DNA of 64,000 nt from Gnetum montanum (Eukaryota; Plantae; Gnetophyta), in assembly GCA_015680685.1 (NCBI GenBank), contig MNCI01002465.1:609268-673267 (forward strand). Reading direction: 5' to 3'. Position 1 is the first letter of the stretch. Each line of letters begins with the position of its first letter. The translations under genes and the position numbers were made by a program. The notes below the pieces were generated by a model. That model worked only from the letters and a program-made list of their open reading frames with translations. It did no database searches and was not told the origin of the DNA. Shown piece by piece: positions 52,401 through 64,000 of this stretch.

Positions 52401-55400
52401 AATAATTTTTTTTCTTACTCATTAGAAAGTTGGAAATTTATTATTAAAGGTTTATTATGGTCAAGTAAAATGCACTTAAGAGTGCTAGGTAATTCTATAA
52501 GATTCAAAGAATCATTATTTGGTGATTAAATTATTTCTCCAATATTTTCCAATACCAAATTCAAAATTTTGTCAAGAATATATTCTACTTTTTGTGTAGA
52601 GGGATCTAAAGGTCCTTCAAAATTATTTAATACTAATGTTTTCCTATATTGTGTCATTGTTAAATTGGATATTGTATAGAGCACTCTTTCTTCTTTTAAA
52701 TCTTGACTCAATAAATTCTCTTTTGCTTTATCATATATGCTAAGAATAAAAGTAATATTAGAAAAAGATGATTGGAGTTGTCTTGATTTACAATTAATTA
52801 CCACATCAGCTATTGCTAACCAAGGTCTACCTAGTATGATGGGGAAATAGTTTGGATCTTTTACTTCCAACACTACAAAATCAACTAGGTATTTTTCTCT
52901 TTCAATTGCTACTATTAAATCCATCACTACTTCTATAAATTTTACATTGGAACCATCGGCCAAAGACATTGTAAAGGTTTACCCTTTTTATATCCTCTAA
53001 ATAAAGTGCCCTAGCCATTTTAAGTGGCATGATATTGATACTAGCTTCTAGATCCAATAGCATATTCTTAATATTTAGTCCATTTATCTTAATTGGAATT
53101 GTAGTAACCCTTCGATCTTGGTATTTTGAAACTTCATAGCTACTTATAAGTTGAGACAAATTGTCAACCAAAAAAAATTTCCTAGGAATCTTCTCTTTTC
53201 TTTTCTTTATGCATCATTCCCTTAAGTATTTAGCATAAAGAGGTGTGTCCTTTACAACTTGTTCTAAAGGAATATGCAAATATAACTCACTAAAATGTTT
53301 TCTATATGGGCTTTGATTGTAAATTCCTCGCAATCATTTAGGAAAAGGAGGTAAAATTTTGTGTCTAGGTAAAGAAGAAGAGGTTAATAGTTGTTCTCTT
53401 TCCCTTATTGATTGATAGTTTTTCTCCTCATTTAATACTTGTGATAAAGCTTTTTCTTGTCTCTCAAATTCTTCAAATCTAACCTTCTTTTAGGGTATAG
53501 GCTCAATGTTCTTTCCACTCCTATTAGTGATGAAATGTAATTGTTCCTTACTCTTCATTTGAGATGTAGAATTTGGCTCAAGTTGAGAAGATAATTTTTT
53601 CTTTGTTAGATCTTAAAATTTTCTTCTTGTTCCATTCATGAATTGCCTACTTTCTTCAATGAAGGAAGTAAGACATTGAGTGAGTTTATCCAATTGTTCA
53701 TTAGTTGCATTCTTAAAAGGTCTAAAATTATTTTGAGGATATTATTGTTGGAAAAGTGGTCTTTGTTGGAAAGTGATTGTTTGTTAGCTTCTATATTATT
53801 GAAAAGCCTTTACCGATTCTTGCACTTCCTCATGAAAATATGATAATGTTGGGAAAGTGGTTCAATCATGTTGTGGGCTACCACAAAGGCTACATACTTT
53901 ACTTTGCACCACATAAGCCTGTTTCTTTATTAGCCATGTTAGCTCATCCAACTTTTTTTATTCAAATTATTCAATTTTTTGGGTCATGTCTTGCATGATG
54001 TTGGGTTTCAGCCATCTCTTACTTTGATCTACTAATGAATCTATTATCTTACAGCCGTCCTCCAATGTTACATTCAATATATTTCCACCACATGCAAAGT
54101 TAGCATTCTACCTACCATATAGTAATAGACCTTCTACAACGATTTGGATAAGTTGATGATTTGGAAATCCATGGTTGGGATTCTTTAAACACAATCCCTT
54201 AAACCCATTAAAAGTACTCTCATAATCCTCATCTTCTTGTTGCATAAAACTTAATAATTACTTCCTCAATGAATACAGTCTATCATTAAAGAGAAATCTT
54301 TCAAGAAATGTAGCCTTGAATTCATCCCATGAACTAATTTCTGTTCTAAAGGTTTGTAGCCAAAAATCACCTTTATCTTTCAAGGTTGATTTAAAAGCAA
54401 TAATTTTAGCTCTATCTCTACTTTGAGGTAATAACATTACTAATGTGGTTTCAAATTCTCTTATGTGAGTAATTGGATCTTCATGATTTGTTCCCCTAAA
54501 AATAGGTAATAACTGAATGTTTTTGACCTCCACATCTCTACCTTGAGTAAAAACTACTAGTCATTGAGGTATGATTGATGTCCTTTGATTTAATAAATCC
54601 CCAAGAGTTTTTCCTTGTTAGGAGTATCCAATTGAAATATTAGAACCTATGCTACCATAGGAAAAATAAATTGACCCAAAAAGAAGTAAAGGAGATGAAT
54701 GATGTGAAGTAGCCAATTATAAAAGTGTAAGCTACTATTGGGGACGATTAGACTTAGTATTGAAATTTACAAATTTAATTTATTTACTAGTTAGGTGGTT
54801 CCTCTCATCATGGGTACATTACTTAATTTTTAGTTGAAACTTAGATTTTGAAAACCTGCAACCATAGTTGAACCTATAGTTTGCATTGTAATAGTTGAAA
54901 TATCAAAAATAGGATTAAAAGATGTAGAAAAGTTGGATTGTATCCTTTACCTTTCTATTAAATATCCCTTTTTGTTATAATGGTACTCTTCAAAAGAGGA
55001 AAAAGGGATATGATTTGGTTGTCTTCATTCCTCTTGATCTTGTCTCAAATTAGTTTTTGTATGTTTATAAAGGCTAATGGTATTCCTAGGAGGCTAAATT
55101 CATATTGGATTCTTAGGTTGCTTTGTTGGTTTCATTTACTAGTCACATTCCTCTTTAGCACATTCCTAGAAAACTAATCCTAAGCCTTTGCAAATTGATT
55201 TAATTACCCCTAAAATTATTGCCTTAATTAAAAATTTTATAATAGTTTCTTCTAGTTGGACAATAAGAGGGGTTGATTCTTGGAATTATACTTTTTCCTT
55301 GTTTTTAAATTTTTTAATACAAGAAAAACCAATCAAAAGAAATCACTTCTAAACTACTTAACAAAAGAAAATAAAAAATAAAGCATACCTATTGAGAAGT

Positions 55401-56415
55401 GATAAATTTATAAAATAAATCTAAAAATATACAAAATCCTTGATGTTAATTAAATCTACTACCCTTCCTAGAAATGACACCAAATTGAAAAGCTAACCAA
55501 AATTTGGTGCTAAACCTTAGTAGTTATCTTCATTGTAAATTTGTCACCTCATTTGTGACTAACCCATGAGGCGTATCCATGTAGGAATGGTTTGAAAGTC
55601 AAAAAGAACATAAAAAAAATAAGTAATTAGATCTAAATTCAATTAAAAACTCCACACTTATGACTATCACTCATAAGTAAAATAAAAACTCCTCATCCTA
55701 AATTCTAAGCTTAAGTTCAAAGATGGAAACAATTGATTGATCCAAATTAAAAATATATAAATTTATCATAAGTGTAAGAGATTACAAAGGAGATATCACC
55801 TAATTTTCAACCTTGCTTTGCTACCTTCATAATGCAACAACTTCATGTCGTAATAAATATCAAATGGTTATTGCTTGTCAAGTTATCAATAATTTTTCTT
55901 AATAATGTTTAATAAAAGTATTCAAAGAATGATTCAATTTAGTGTGGGTTTTTCTTGAGTTTGGCATCCCTTTCATTCATAAATGAGCTTCTTATTTATA
56001 CTAAAGAAGACTCAATAATAATTGGGAATATCATCATTTTTGAAAATTGATTAGTATTGAGGAGCTCGATAATAATTGGTTGTAGAGCTGTCAAACTATA
56101 TTATGATCTCTATCATCTTTGATACTCAATTTAGATCACCCCAATGATTCAAATCAATATCTTGATTCCTTCACAAGATACTTTCTCCTAGAATTCTATG
56201 TTATCAATCCATATTGTAGTAGCTATGAAGATTGATATAATCAGCATTGATTTCCACCAATCCCATGATGACCTATGATAAATAAAACTTAATAAATAAT
56301 TTAGTACTTATCAATAGTTATCACAAAAATTGATGATCTTCGATAAAGAAAAACAATAAAAAAATAAGAAGACTAACTTATAAGGTTAAAAACTAGAGTA
56401 ATAAGGGGTTCGACA
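49500..56415 (-). mobile_element. Athila-type gypsy element D: gag-pol remnant (~49740-54600), decayed Asp PBS (55465-55482), 5' LTR (~55486-56415)
   Basis: LLPIFRGTNHEDPITHIREF (gag); MLLDLEASINIMP, PIILGRPWLA (PR); VEVFMDD (RT); DLMCDASD (RH); YVTKWVEA, AISYHPQTNGQVE, FPGKLTTW*KGPY (IN). The LTR end reads TGTCGAACCCC on the minus strand. Confidence 0.88.
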
Positions 56416-58670
56416 ACCAATTCTGAGTAGTCTATTGTAGTGACACAATAGAACCACCAACCTATGAAATTTTGAGTTCAAGGAATTCCTTAACTCACTT
56501 ATTCCCAAAGGTCTAAAAATCTCAAAATCAACAGTCTCCTACCTATGTGAAACTTAAGCCACATCATCTATAGAGTTCTTTGATAAACTTTAGCCATTCC
56601 TCCTACTTGAGAGAAGCCACCATATGAACCCATCATTGGATCTTGGAAGTCACCATGCACCATGCCTCTTCTAGTCTATCTGATCCTCATCTTTCTAGAA
56701 GTTTTTTTTTGTAGGGTAATTTCCTAGCCATTATTGAAGCAACCATGGTGGGAGATCAATTTCTTGCTCCCAATAAATGTCTAGGATCAAGTGCTCCTAG
56801 GACCTTAAATTATCCAAGGATTCCCAACTATCATATGATTTAGGATGATGTTTTTAGTGGACAAGAAATCCCACTTTCATTTCAAGACCATGCCTAGTGG
56901 TCCTAAATTTTCTAATGCAATCAACTCTCTTACCTTGTATAGATTTTATACAAGATTTTTCTTGGATTAAAAGCCTTCCTTTAGGGTAAGGGATCCCATT
57001 AAGAAATGTCTTCAACACACTAACATGAAAAACTAGATGGACCTTATCCATATTAATAGGTAGTTGATGCTTCTACATCACTAGGTTCTTCTATTAGATG
57101 ATCTGGAGGGGACCATCATACTACCTCATCAGATTGGATGTAGTTCCCTATTTTGTTTTAAACTTATGAGGGTCAAGTTTTAGGAGAATCCAATCTTTCA
57201 CCTTGAAACCATGAGGCTAGTACTTATACTCTACATATTTTTTCATGTGCTTCACTACCCTCTCTAAAAAATCCCTTGCAATATTAACATTTTTGGACCG
57301 CACTTTCAAAAACTCATTCACTGAGGAATGTTGTCCCTACAAAGAGGTAAAAATCATATGTGGAGTAAAGGGTTTCCTTCCCAACACTAATTATGCTAGA
57401 AAAAACCTAGTAGCTGATGACTTCTAGATATTGTAGCTCAACTAAGTAACCTCCAAAAAAAATAGGCTAGTTATTCTGGTCACTCTGGACATAATGTTGG
57501 AGGTATTCCTCAAGTACATGATTCATACGCTCTATTTATCCATCTATCTATGGATAGAAACTAGTCAACAATTTGGCATTGATTTCCATCATGCCAAATA
57601 AGGCCCACCAAAAGGCACTTGTAAATTTGGAATCATGATCTAACACTATGCTCATTGGTAACCAAAAATACTAGAATGCCCTATCAAAGTAATACATTAT
57701 CATGTCCTCAACTAAACATTGGAATGGATAGGGAATGAACATGTTGTTCTTAGAAAATTTATCCACCACCACAATATTGTTGCTTAGGCCCTATACAATT
57801 GGTAGGCATGTGATAAAGTCCATGATCACCATAGCTCATGGGAATGATGGGATTTCCAATGGAAGGAGAAGCCCACCAAGGTACTCCATAGCCCCTTTTT
57901 CCTTCTGACACACTAGACATTTCTAGATGTAGGAAATCGCATCCTAATACATCTTTAGTCAATAGAAGGTTCTCTCAATTAGCTCCAATGTTCTTTATTC
58001 TCTAGGATGTTCAACCCATGGTGTATCATGGCATTCACAAATAATCTCCTTACAAAGGCAATCCCTATGTAGAACACAAATTTAGCTTTTTCAAAACCAT
58101 AGTAGTTCATCCCTCATTCTGAAATGTAGTTCTCACCTTGTCTCTATAACTTTCATTAGTTCAATGACCTAAGGATCCCTTTTCAGCCCATCTTGAATTT
58201 TGGCTAGTAGCACCTCATCCCACTAGACATCTAAGGTTTGCAACCTAGTGATAGAGAAGATTTTGGAGCTATGTTGAAGATGATGACTCAAGGAATCTAC
58301 TACAACATTCTTCTTTCCCAAATGGTAATTTGACTACAAGTTAAATCCACAGAGCATGATCAACCATCATGCTTGCTTAGACCTCAGCTTAGTTTGGTTA
58401 AGCAAATAGCTAGTAGCCAAATTATCCATCTTCACATGAACACAACTTCCTAGCAAGTAATGCTACCATGATCTTAAGTAATGGATAATGAGAAAAATTT
58501 TCTTTTCATGGACAAGCCATCTCCATTCTACTTTATTCAACTTTTAAGACTCATAGGAAATAGGATGATCCTCTTTTAGTAACACCCCACCAATGGCACC
58601 CTCGCTAGCATTAATATGGACCTCAAAAGATTTTTAGAATCCCAGCAATTCTAATATAGGATGTGAAGTT
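56416..58670 (-). mobile_element. pol: Chromovirus (Galadriel-like) pol fragment: RNase H, integrase, chromodomain-like tail
   Basis: FEVHINASEGAIGGVL...HPISYES*KLN...VHEK...HYLLGS...MDNLATSY (RH); CHDTPWVEHP (HHCC); KVHLVFHVSVLK. Confidence 0.8.
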
Positions 58671-58673
58671 TTT

Positions 58674-59910
58674 TGCGATCAAAAACCTTTATTACTAGAA
58701 TGAAAACCAAGGATCCTTGATGCAAATAGTTCTCCAACCACAAATCCCCAAAGCCTCCATGATAAAAATGGGATTCAAGGCACCCTAGCTAGTCTAGTAG
58801 ATCAACCAAGGACATATGAGATGTGAAATGTGGAATATAAGTAGATCCGAGTAATGCCCAAAAAATAAAATTTATTTTTGAAAATAAAACTCAAAACTTA
58901 AAAAATTATTCAGAAATAAATAAAGAATAAGTTAGAAAAATGTGTACAAATGGTGCTTAGATGAGCAGAAAAAGGGATTTTTCCTTGTGTAAGAGTTCAA
59001 AGGCCATTGAAGCTGAAGTAATATGCTCCATGATCTAGGTGCTAAGCCACTCTTGATGTTATCAAACCTTGCTTTACTATTACAACCTTGGATCTACCAA
59101 TTATATCACCATTGGTAGGTGAGAAAGGTGGAAAACTTGGATGTTAAATTGCTCTATGCTAGGCTTTGAAAATCCTAGAAGTGTAGTGTTGACATCTAAA
59201 ATTCACCAAATCTCAAGGCCACAATGCTTCCATGCTAGGGTTCAAGAGAATGCAAGTGTGGGAATTTATAAAAGCTCTTGAGTGCTTGAACATGTCCCAT
59301 GTGTGGATTTGTATGTATGCAAATTACTTGATAATGCTGAACTTTCTTAGAATTACTAAATAAAAAATGCTTAACTTGATGAAAATTCTAGGATCTGTAA
59401 ATGGTGTTAGAGGATGGTTTTTATAGGATCTTTGGGCCATGAATGGTGCTCCAAATTGGCCCATGAAATGGCTACAAATTTGGCTGCAAATGACTACAAC
59501 TTTGCTACATATTGACTACAAATTTGCTACAATTTTAGGTGAGATGGATGTCCAAATTTGGGGGGTTCCTAAGTGCTTTCCCCCATGGCCATTCCATTTA
59601 CTATAAATAGTAACTAGGATACACCTTCCAGGCTGGAGATGAATCTTCCACACTGAGCTCTTCACCATGCTTGTTAAAGTGGTTGGTCAATGTTGAAGTG
59701 CATGAATTGATGAATTTTTTTAGTGGTGACTGTTTGGGACGCAACCACCAACGAGTGTCCTTGAATAGGATTTAGGTGCTTGCTGGTATTTTGGCAACAC
59801 CAAGGCCTAGATACCTCCAAATAGACTCAGTAGTTAATGTGAGTATATGTGTGTGTTGTTGCGGTATGCAGTTGTGAAAAATGAAAGGATTGCATGGTGT
59901 GTAAACTACA
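58674..59910 (-). repeat. Probable LTR related to the B (Tat) family
   Basis: Shares CCATTCCATTTACTATAAATAGTAA with the B1 LTRs, has TG...CA ends, and truncates the chromovirus RH. It includes a GCTACAAATTT tandem at ~59470-59535. No TSD was found. Confidence 0.5.
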
Positions 59911-61379
59911 AATGACTTATCTTAAAGAGATTCAGCCAACTTTGCCAAGTACTGTGAGTTATTAAGAGTTCCTATTTTGTTCAATTGCCTAGTCTACATG
60001 GTCCTTATAATACCTACTTGTAACAAATAAAGTTTTGCAAAAAACATTTGAGCACAACTCCGCGAATCTACTTCTAATTTTCCCCAAAGAAAGAGATAGT
60101 TCCACAAGAAAACTAGAAATAGAGCAACATTCAATGAAAATAGATAGAAAAGAAAGCAAATTTGTGGTAAGACCTCAAATGGTCAACAAGGTAAAATGAT
60201 ACGAGTAAACACTGCATAATAAAGCTATCCCAAATTCAATAACTATGAATTTTTCAAAGTTCCAAGGCTCAAATAAGTAATTTCTTCAAGACAATCCTAC
60301 TATGCTACCAAAAAATTGCTGCATAAACTATCACATACGAGACTCCATTTTGGCTAGATAATGGATGTCAGCAATTGCATTCAATAGAACCTTCAAAATA
60401 TTTGACAATTTCTAATTGAAATACCATGGAGATTCACTTTAAAGATCAAATAAGCTATTCTGGTCCTATCAAAATACTAAAGATTTTCTTAACCCTCTTG
60501 ACTATTGAATTGTTCAACGACTTGACTACAAGCAAAGGATTTCTTACAAAAATCTCAATAGTGGTTCTTATACATTGCACAATAATAAAATTCACTACTA
60601 AAATGCTCTTAAGGCTTTTAAACACAAGTGCTTCTATGGAAAAATTTTAATAGAAATCTTCTATTATGCAACAAGAAACAATAAGAGCAATCTAAAATTC
60701 CCAAAATTATTTGGCAAGCATGATACTATCTAAACCACTAGCTAAACAATTTAAACAAAATAAAAATAATAATAAGCATAACTCATAGGACTATGACAAA
60801 GAGGCTGAAATCTTTTCTTCCGCTAGTCATCTTGCAAGCAATCTTTCACGATTTTCTCTTTACAAATGCTCTTCCAAGACCCAAAGTGAGTGATCCCAAA
60901 AGTTCTTCCCCATGCCCCCCCCAAGACGCCCAAGAGTATGTGTTTTCCCCCTTAACCCCTAAAGCCTTTTTATAGGATTCAAAGGTAGTTAGATATTCCA
61001 AAATATCTTTGCTAACTTCTCTCCCAAGTAAGGAAGTTATAACTTGCCCAACAAGTTAGGAGACATTACTTTCCCCCAACAAGTTAGGAAATTGTAACTT
61101 ATAAATAAAGTCAGGAAAAAAAATCATGCTAACATTGGCATGTAAATATTACAAATATTGCTTTAATAACCTATAAAAAATAAATCCAAGATACCCTAAG
61201 AGCTTCATACAATTGTCATATTTTATCTAGGATTTTAATTTCCTGCCGTGTATAAAACCTTAGTAATTCATTTGAGATAATTAAATTAATACAATTGTTG
61301 CATGTAAGGAAAATTTGCTAAAATTATTTTTAGCCACTGGACCATATGAAATTGTAATTTTATTTTGTGATTTTAATTC

Positions 61380-62450
61380 CATGCATTTGGGTTTTTTGTT
61401 TTTCTTCAGCGATGATGGTTTCTTCTAAATAAACTGTAACTCTGATTTATAGGCATTGGCTAAAACATCTCCTAGTTTTGCTGATTCAGTTGTGCAATTG
61501 TCTTGTTGTATCTCTATGTCTCTGTGACCACACTTGATGGATTGGTAATGGTGAAGAAGAATGTGTTGGCGTCAGGTGCTGCTACTATTTTTGGTAATTT
61601 CTAATTGCAGGTTCCAGGAGAAAATGATGCTTGTGGTTTACATTTCTAACCGCCTTAAATATTTGAACTGAGTTCCTAGCAGTGATGATGTTTCTATTTT
61701 CATCATTGTTGGTGTAATGAACTTCATCCGTTTATGCCTGTATTACTCAAGGCACTCCTAGCTACAACGGAGCCCTGGGCACATAAGCACAAAATTTGTT
61801 GAGTTACTTGAAACAGCACAAAGGTCGATAGGCTTTGGTGGCACGATGATATGACTGCGCCTTAGCCGTATGGCATGGACCTCCACTGAGAACAAGAGCT
61901 TACCACGTAGAACCAGAGCTTGCTAATGCAGCAGCAGTTGTGGTCGTCACTGCTCGTCACCTACTACCGGAAATACTGCAGATTCAGACCTCCGTTGATG
62001 AGCGCCAGGATGTTGGGAAAGCATTTCCAGATGCTGATGCCCTCACTGCTTCCATTGTTAGGGTTTCTAAAGGTGCAACGGAAATTTTTCAGTGAGCCGG
62101 TCGTAGACATTGAAGCCCTGGTCCATTCCACAGGCGAAGCATCCAACATCCTGAATATGCATAGAATCCCTGACGTGGCCGTGCAGAAAGAAGATGAGGA
62201 CGACGAAGATGATAGAGCCATTAGTTACAATTGTTGTTCCAATTTTTTACCTTTGAGTTCTTACATTAATTTCCTATTTAATCAGTGCAGATATAAACTT
62301 GATGGTCGTGTCGCAGTCTTCTGTGCATGGAATTCTATTACAACCATGAAATTTTAGACGATTCACAGGAGAAATAACTTTACCTTGCACCGAACTGTCG
62401 AATTTGCGTTGCTGCAGAGATATGCTTTCTCAAAATGAAATGGATACAAA
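61380..62450. other. CpG-retaining island; possible host gene exon(s) or gene fragment
   Basis: Many intact CG and CWG sites, unlike the rest of the window. Open frames exist on both strands (61920-62357 +, 61964-62221 -), but no domain was recognised. Confidence 0.4.
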
Positions 62451-63034
62451 ACCAATTTTACTTGAGATGCTCTTTGATTTTCTACATATTCATATCCTAT
62501 AAATGATGCATATAAAAATTGGACTTCCTTCATAATCCCGCTAGACTTTGGTTATGGAAAGGAGGCATTGATATTATTAGGATATTCATCCGTAAAGCCC
62601 AGTGTATCATAATATATTTATATATCTATATTACTGCCCTGTGAAATGCAATGCTCAGAGATTTATAAGCTTACTATATGAATGGTGCTCCTATATTGTT
62701 TTCCTTAAATTAAAAGAAGGTTATTGTTAACTTATTCTTTTCCTCTCAAACTGAAATTTTTGCCACTTCTCCAAAAAATCTTAACCAATGTTATCATGCC
62801 AACCTGTTCCATGAAATGGCCAAAATGTGCCAACATTTCTACCCCCTTTAAAAGCTTAAAAAAATTATGCAAGCCCTTTAAATCTAAACTATACTGAAAC
62901 TTTTATTGAATTTTCATAGCTGAACATACAAATTGTTTTGGAGGAAAATTCCAATCAAACATATGTTTTGATGGTATAAAAACCTCATTCATAAAAAATA
63001 ACAATAAACTATACATTATCAAGTCCTTCATGGA

Positions 63035-63538
63035 CTATTCTTGGGATGGAAACTGAATTGTGAGGGTCACTCTAGTAGGAATCCTCATCTCTCTAACTAT
63101 CTCATAGGCAATTTCTAACATGATGAAGGTTGTTCTGTTGTTTTCTAGCTTGATGGAGGTTTCAACTTGCTCTTCTTGAACTTTTTCTTCAGCAATCTTC
63201 TCATTTTCCTTTTCAGATGAGCCCTTTTGTTCTTCCCAATTAGGTCTTTCATCTTCCTCTTGGGACACGAATGCTTCTTCCCATGACTCTTCATTGGTTG
63301 TTTGCCCTTCTTCCCTCTCTTCTTCTTTGGTGCAATCTTGATATTGCCCCCAAACATTTGACTTTATCACTAAACCTTTTGTGAGGAATGGAAATTTATC
63401 GGACAACCAAGCCATGAAAGGACACTCTTTTGGTGCTCCACATGATCTAGCTTTCAAGTCAGCCTTTAAGACATGTTCAGGGCAACATCCCATCACATAT
63501 GGAATAAAAGGCTTTCTCATTGTTCTCCAAACCTCCAT
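63035..63538 (-). CDS. 167 aa ORF, acidic E/K-rich C-half; possibly gag-like of another retroelement
   Basis: Uninterrupted frame with biased composition; no diagnostic motif recognised. Confidence 0.3.
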   Translation of the reverse strand: MEVWRTMRKPFIPYVMGCCPEHVLKADLKARSCGAPKECPFMAWLSDKFPFLTKGLVIKSNVWGQYQDCTKEEEREEGQTTNEESWEEAFVSQEEDERPNWEEQKGSSEKENEKIAEEKVQEEQVETSIKLENNRTTFIMLEIAYEIVREMRIPTRVTLTIQFPSQE

Positions 63539-63924
63539 CTCCCTCTTTCAAATTAGCTCTCTGTTACTTTCCTTACTCAACTTGAATTGAAAGATGATGA
63601 ATTCCTAGGTAATCCAATTCTCTTTTTATAGGTTCTAGGAATTTAAAATTCCCCCCCAAGAGTCTTCAACCAATTTTTCCTCTTTTTAGGCATTTTAACC
63701 ACTTGTCACAATCCTCACTAAGTGGTGGATGAGTCATCTTCACCACTTATCACACTTGTAGAATTCCACTTGTTTCACTTGTAGGCTTCCACTTACCTCA
63801 CTTGAAGGAAAACTATTTTTCTAATTTAAATAAATTTATCCTAAATATGTTTATTATTATAATATACTATCTACTTATCTAATTATATACCAATAGCATA
63901 ATTAAACATAATAATTAGTACTAT

Positions 63925-64000
63925 TAATGAGTGGGGAGGTACCCCTACACTCAACCATACGAAACGAGCGTAGCACGCGTGATCTAGTTGAACTCCGTAG
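63925..64000 (-). repeat. Terminus of another A-family (Athila) LTR running off the right edge
   Basis: TAATGAGTGGGGAGGTACCCCTACACTCAACCATACGAA matches 385-425. There is no adjacent PBS, so it is a 3' or solo LTR. Confidence 0.85.

Noticed and set aside
59911-61380. Possible LTR or LINE remnants with AACAAGTTAGG repeats near 61030-61090
   Set aside because: I could not establish termini, PBS, PPT or any domain, so it is left unassigned.

Overview
This is AT-rich plant genomic DNA made almost entirely of old, nested LTR retrotransposons. CpG and CHG sites are heavily decayed. Diverged but intact LTR pairs suggest a large genome that loses DNA slowly, such as a gymnosperm or fern (inference). 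Three elements are delimited by paired LTRs. A1 is an Athila-type gypsy (6285-18057, +, TSD ATTTT). C1 is a pol-less SIRE-type copia (21870-49499, +). B1 is a 21 kb Tat/Ogre-type gypsy inside C1 (25248-46391, -, TSD CTTGT). Partial elements are Athila A0, Ah and D, Tat B0, a Galadriel-like chromovirus fragment and further LTRs. The main finding is a ~9.3 kb interval in B1 between protease and RT that ends in a splice acceptor just before RT. It holds about 18 units of a ~68 bp nested palindrome (ancestral motif GACTACGCTGG) at ~190-200 bp period with divergent spacers. Directly downstream of that array is a decayed multi-exon antisense gene with NLS-like and coiled-coil segments. The same motif recurs in the B1 LTRs, and the related element B0 carries a variant motif. 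This suggests an element-encoded factor plus its target array. The only candidate host-gene sequence is a CpG-retaining island at ~61.4-62.45 kb. All calls were made by eye, and no database search was run.
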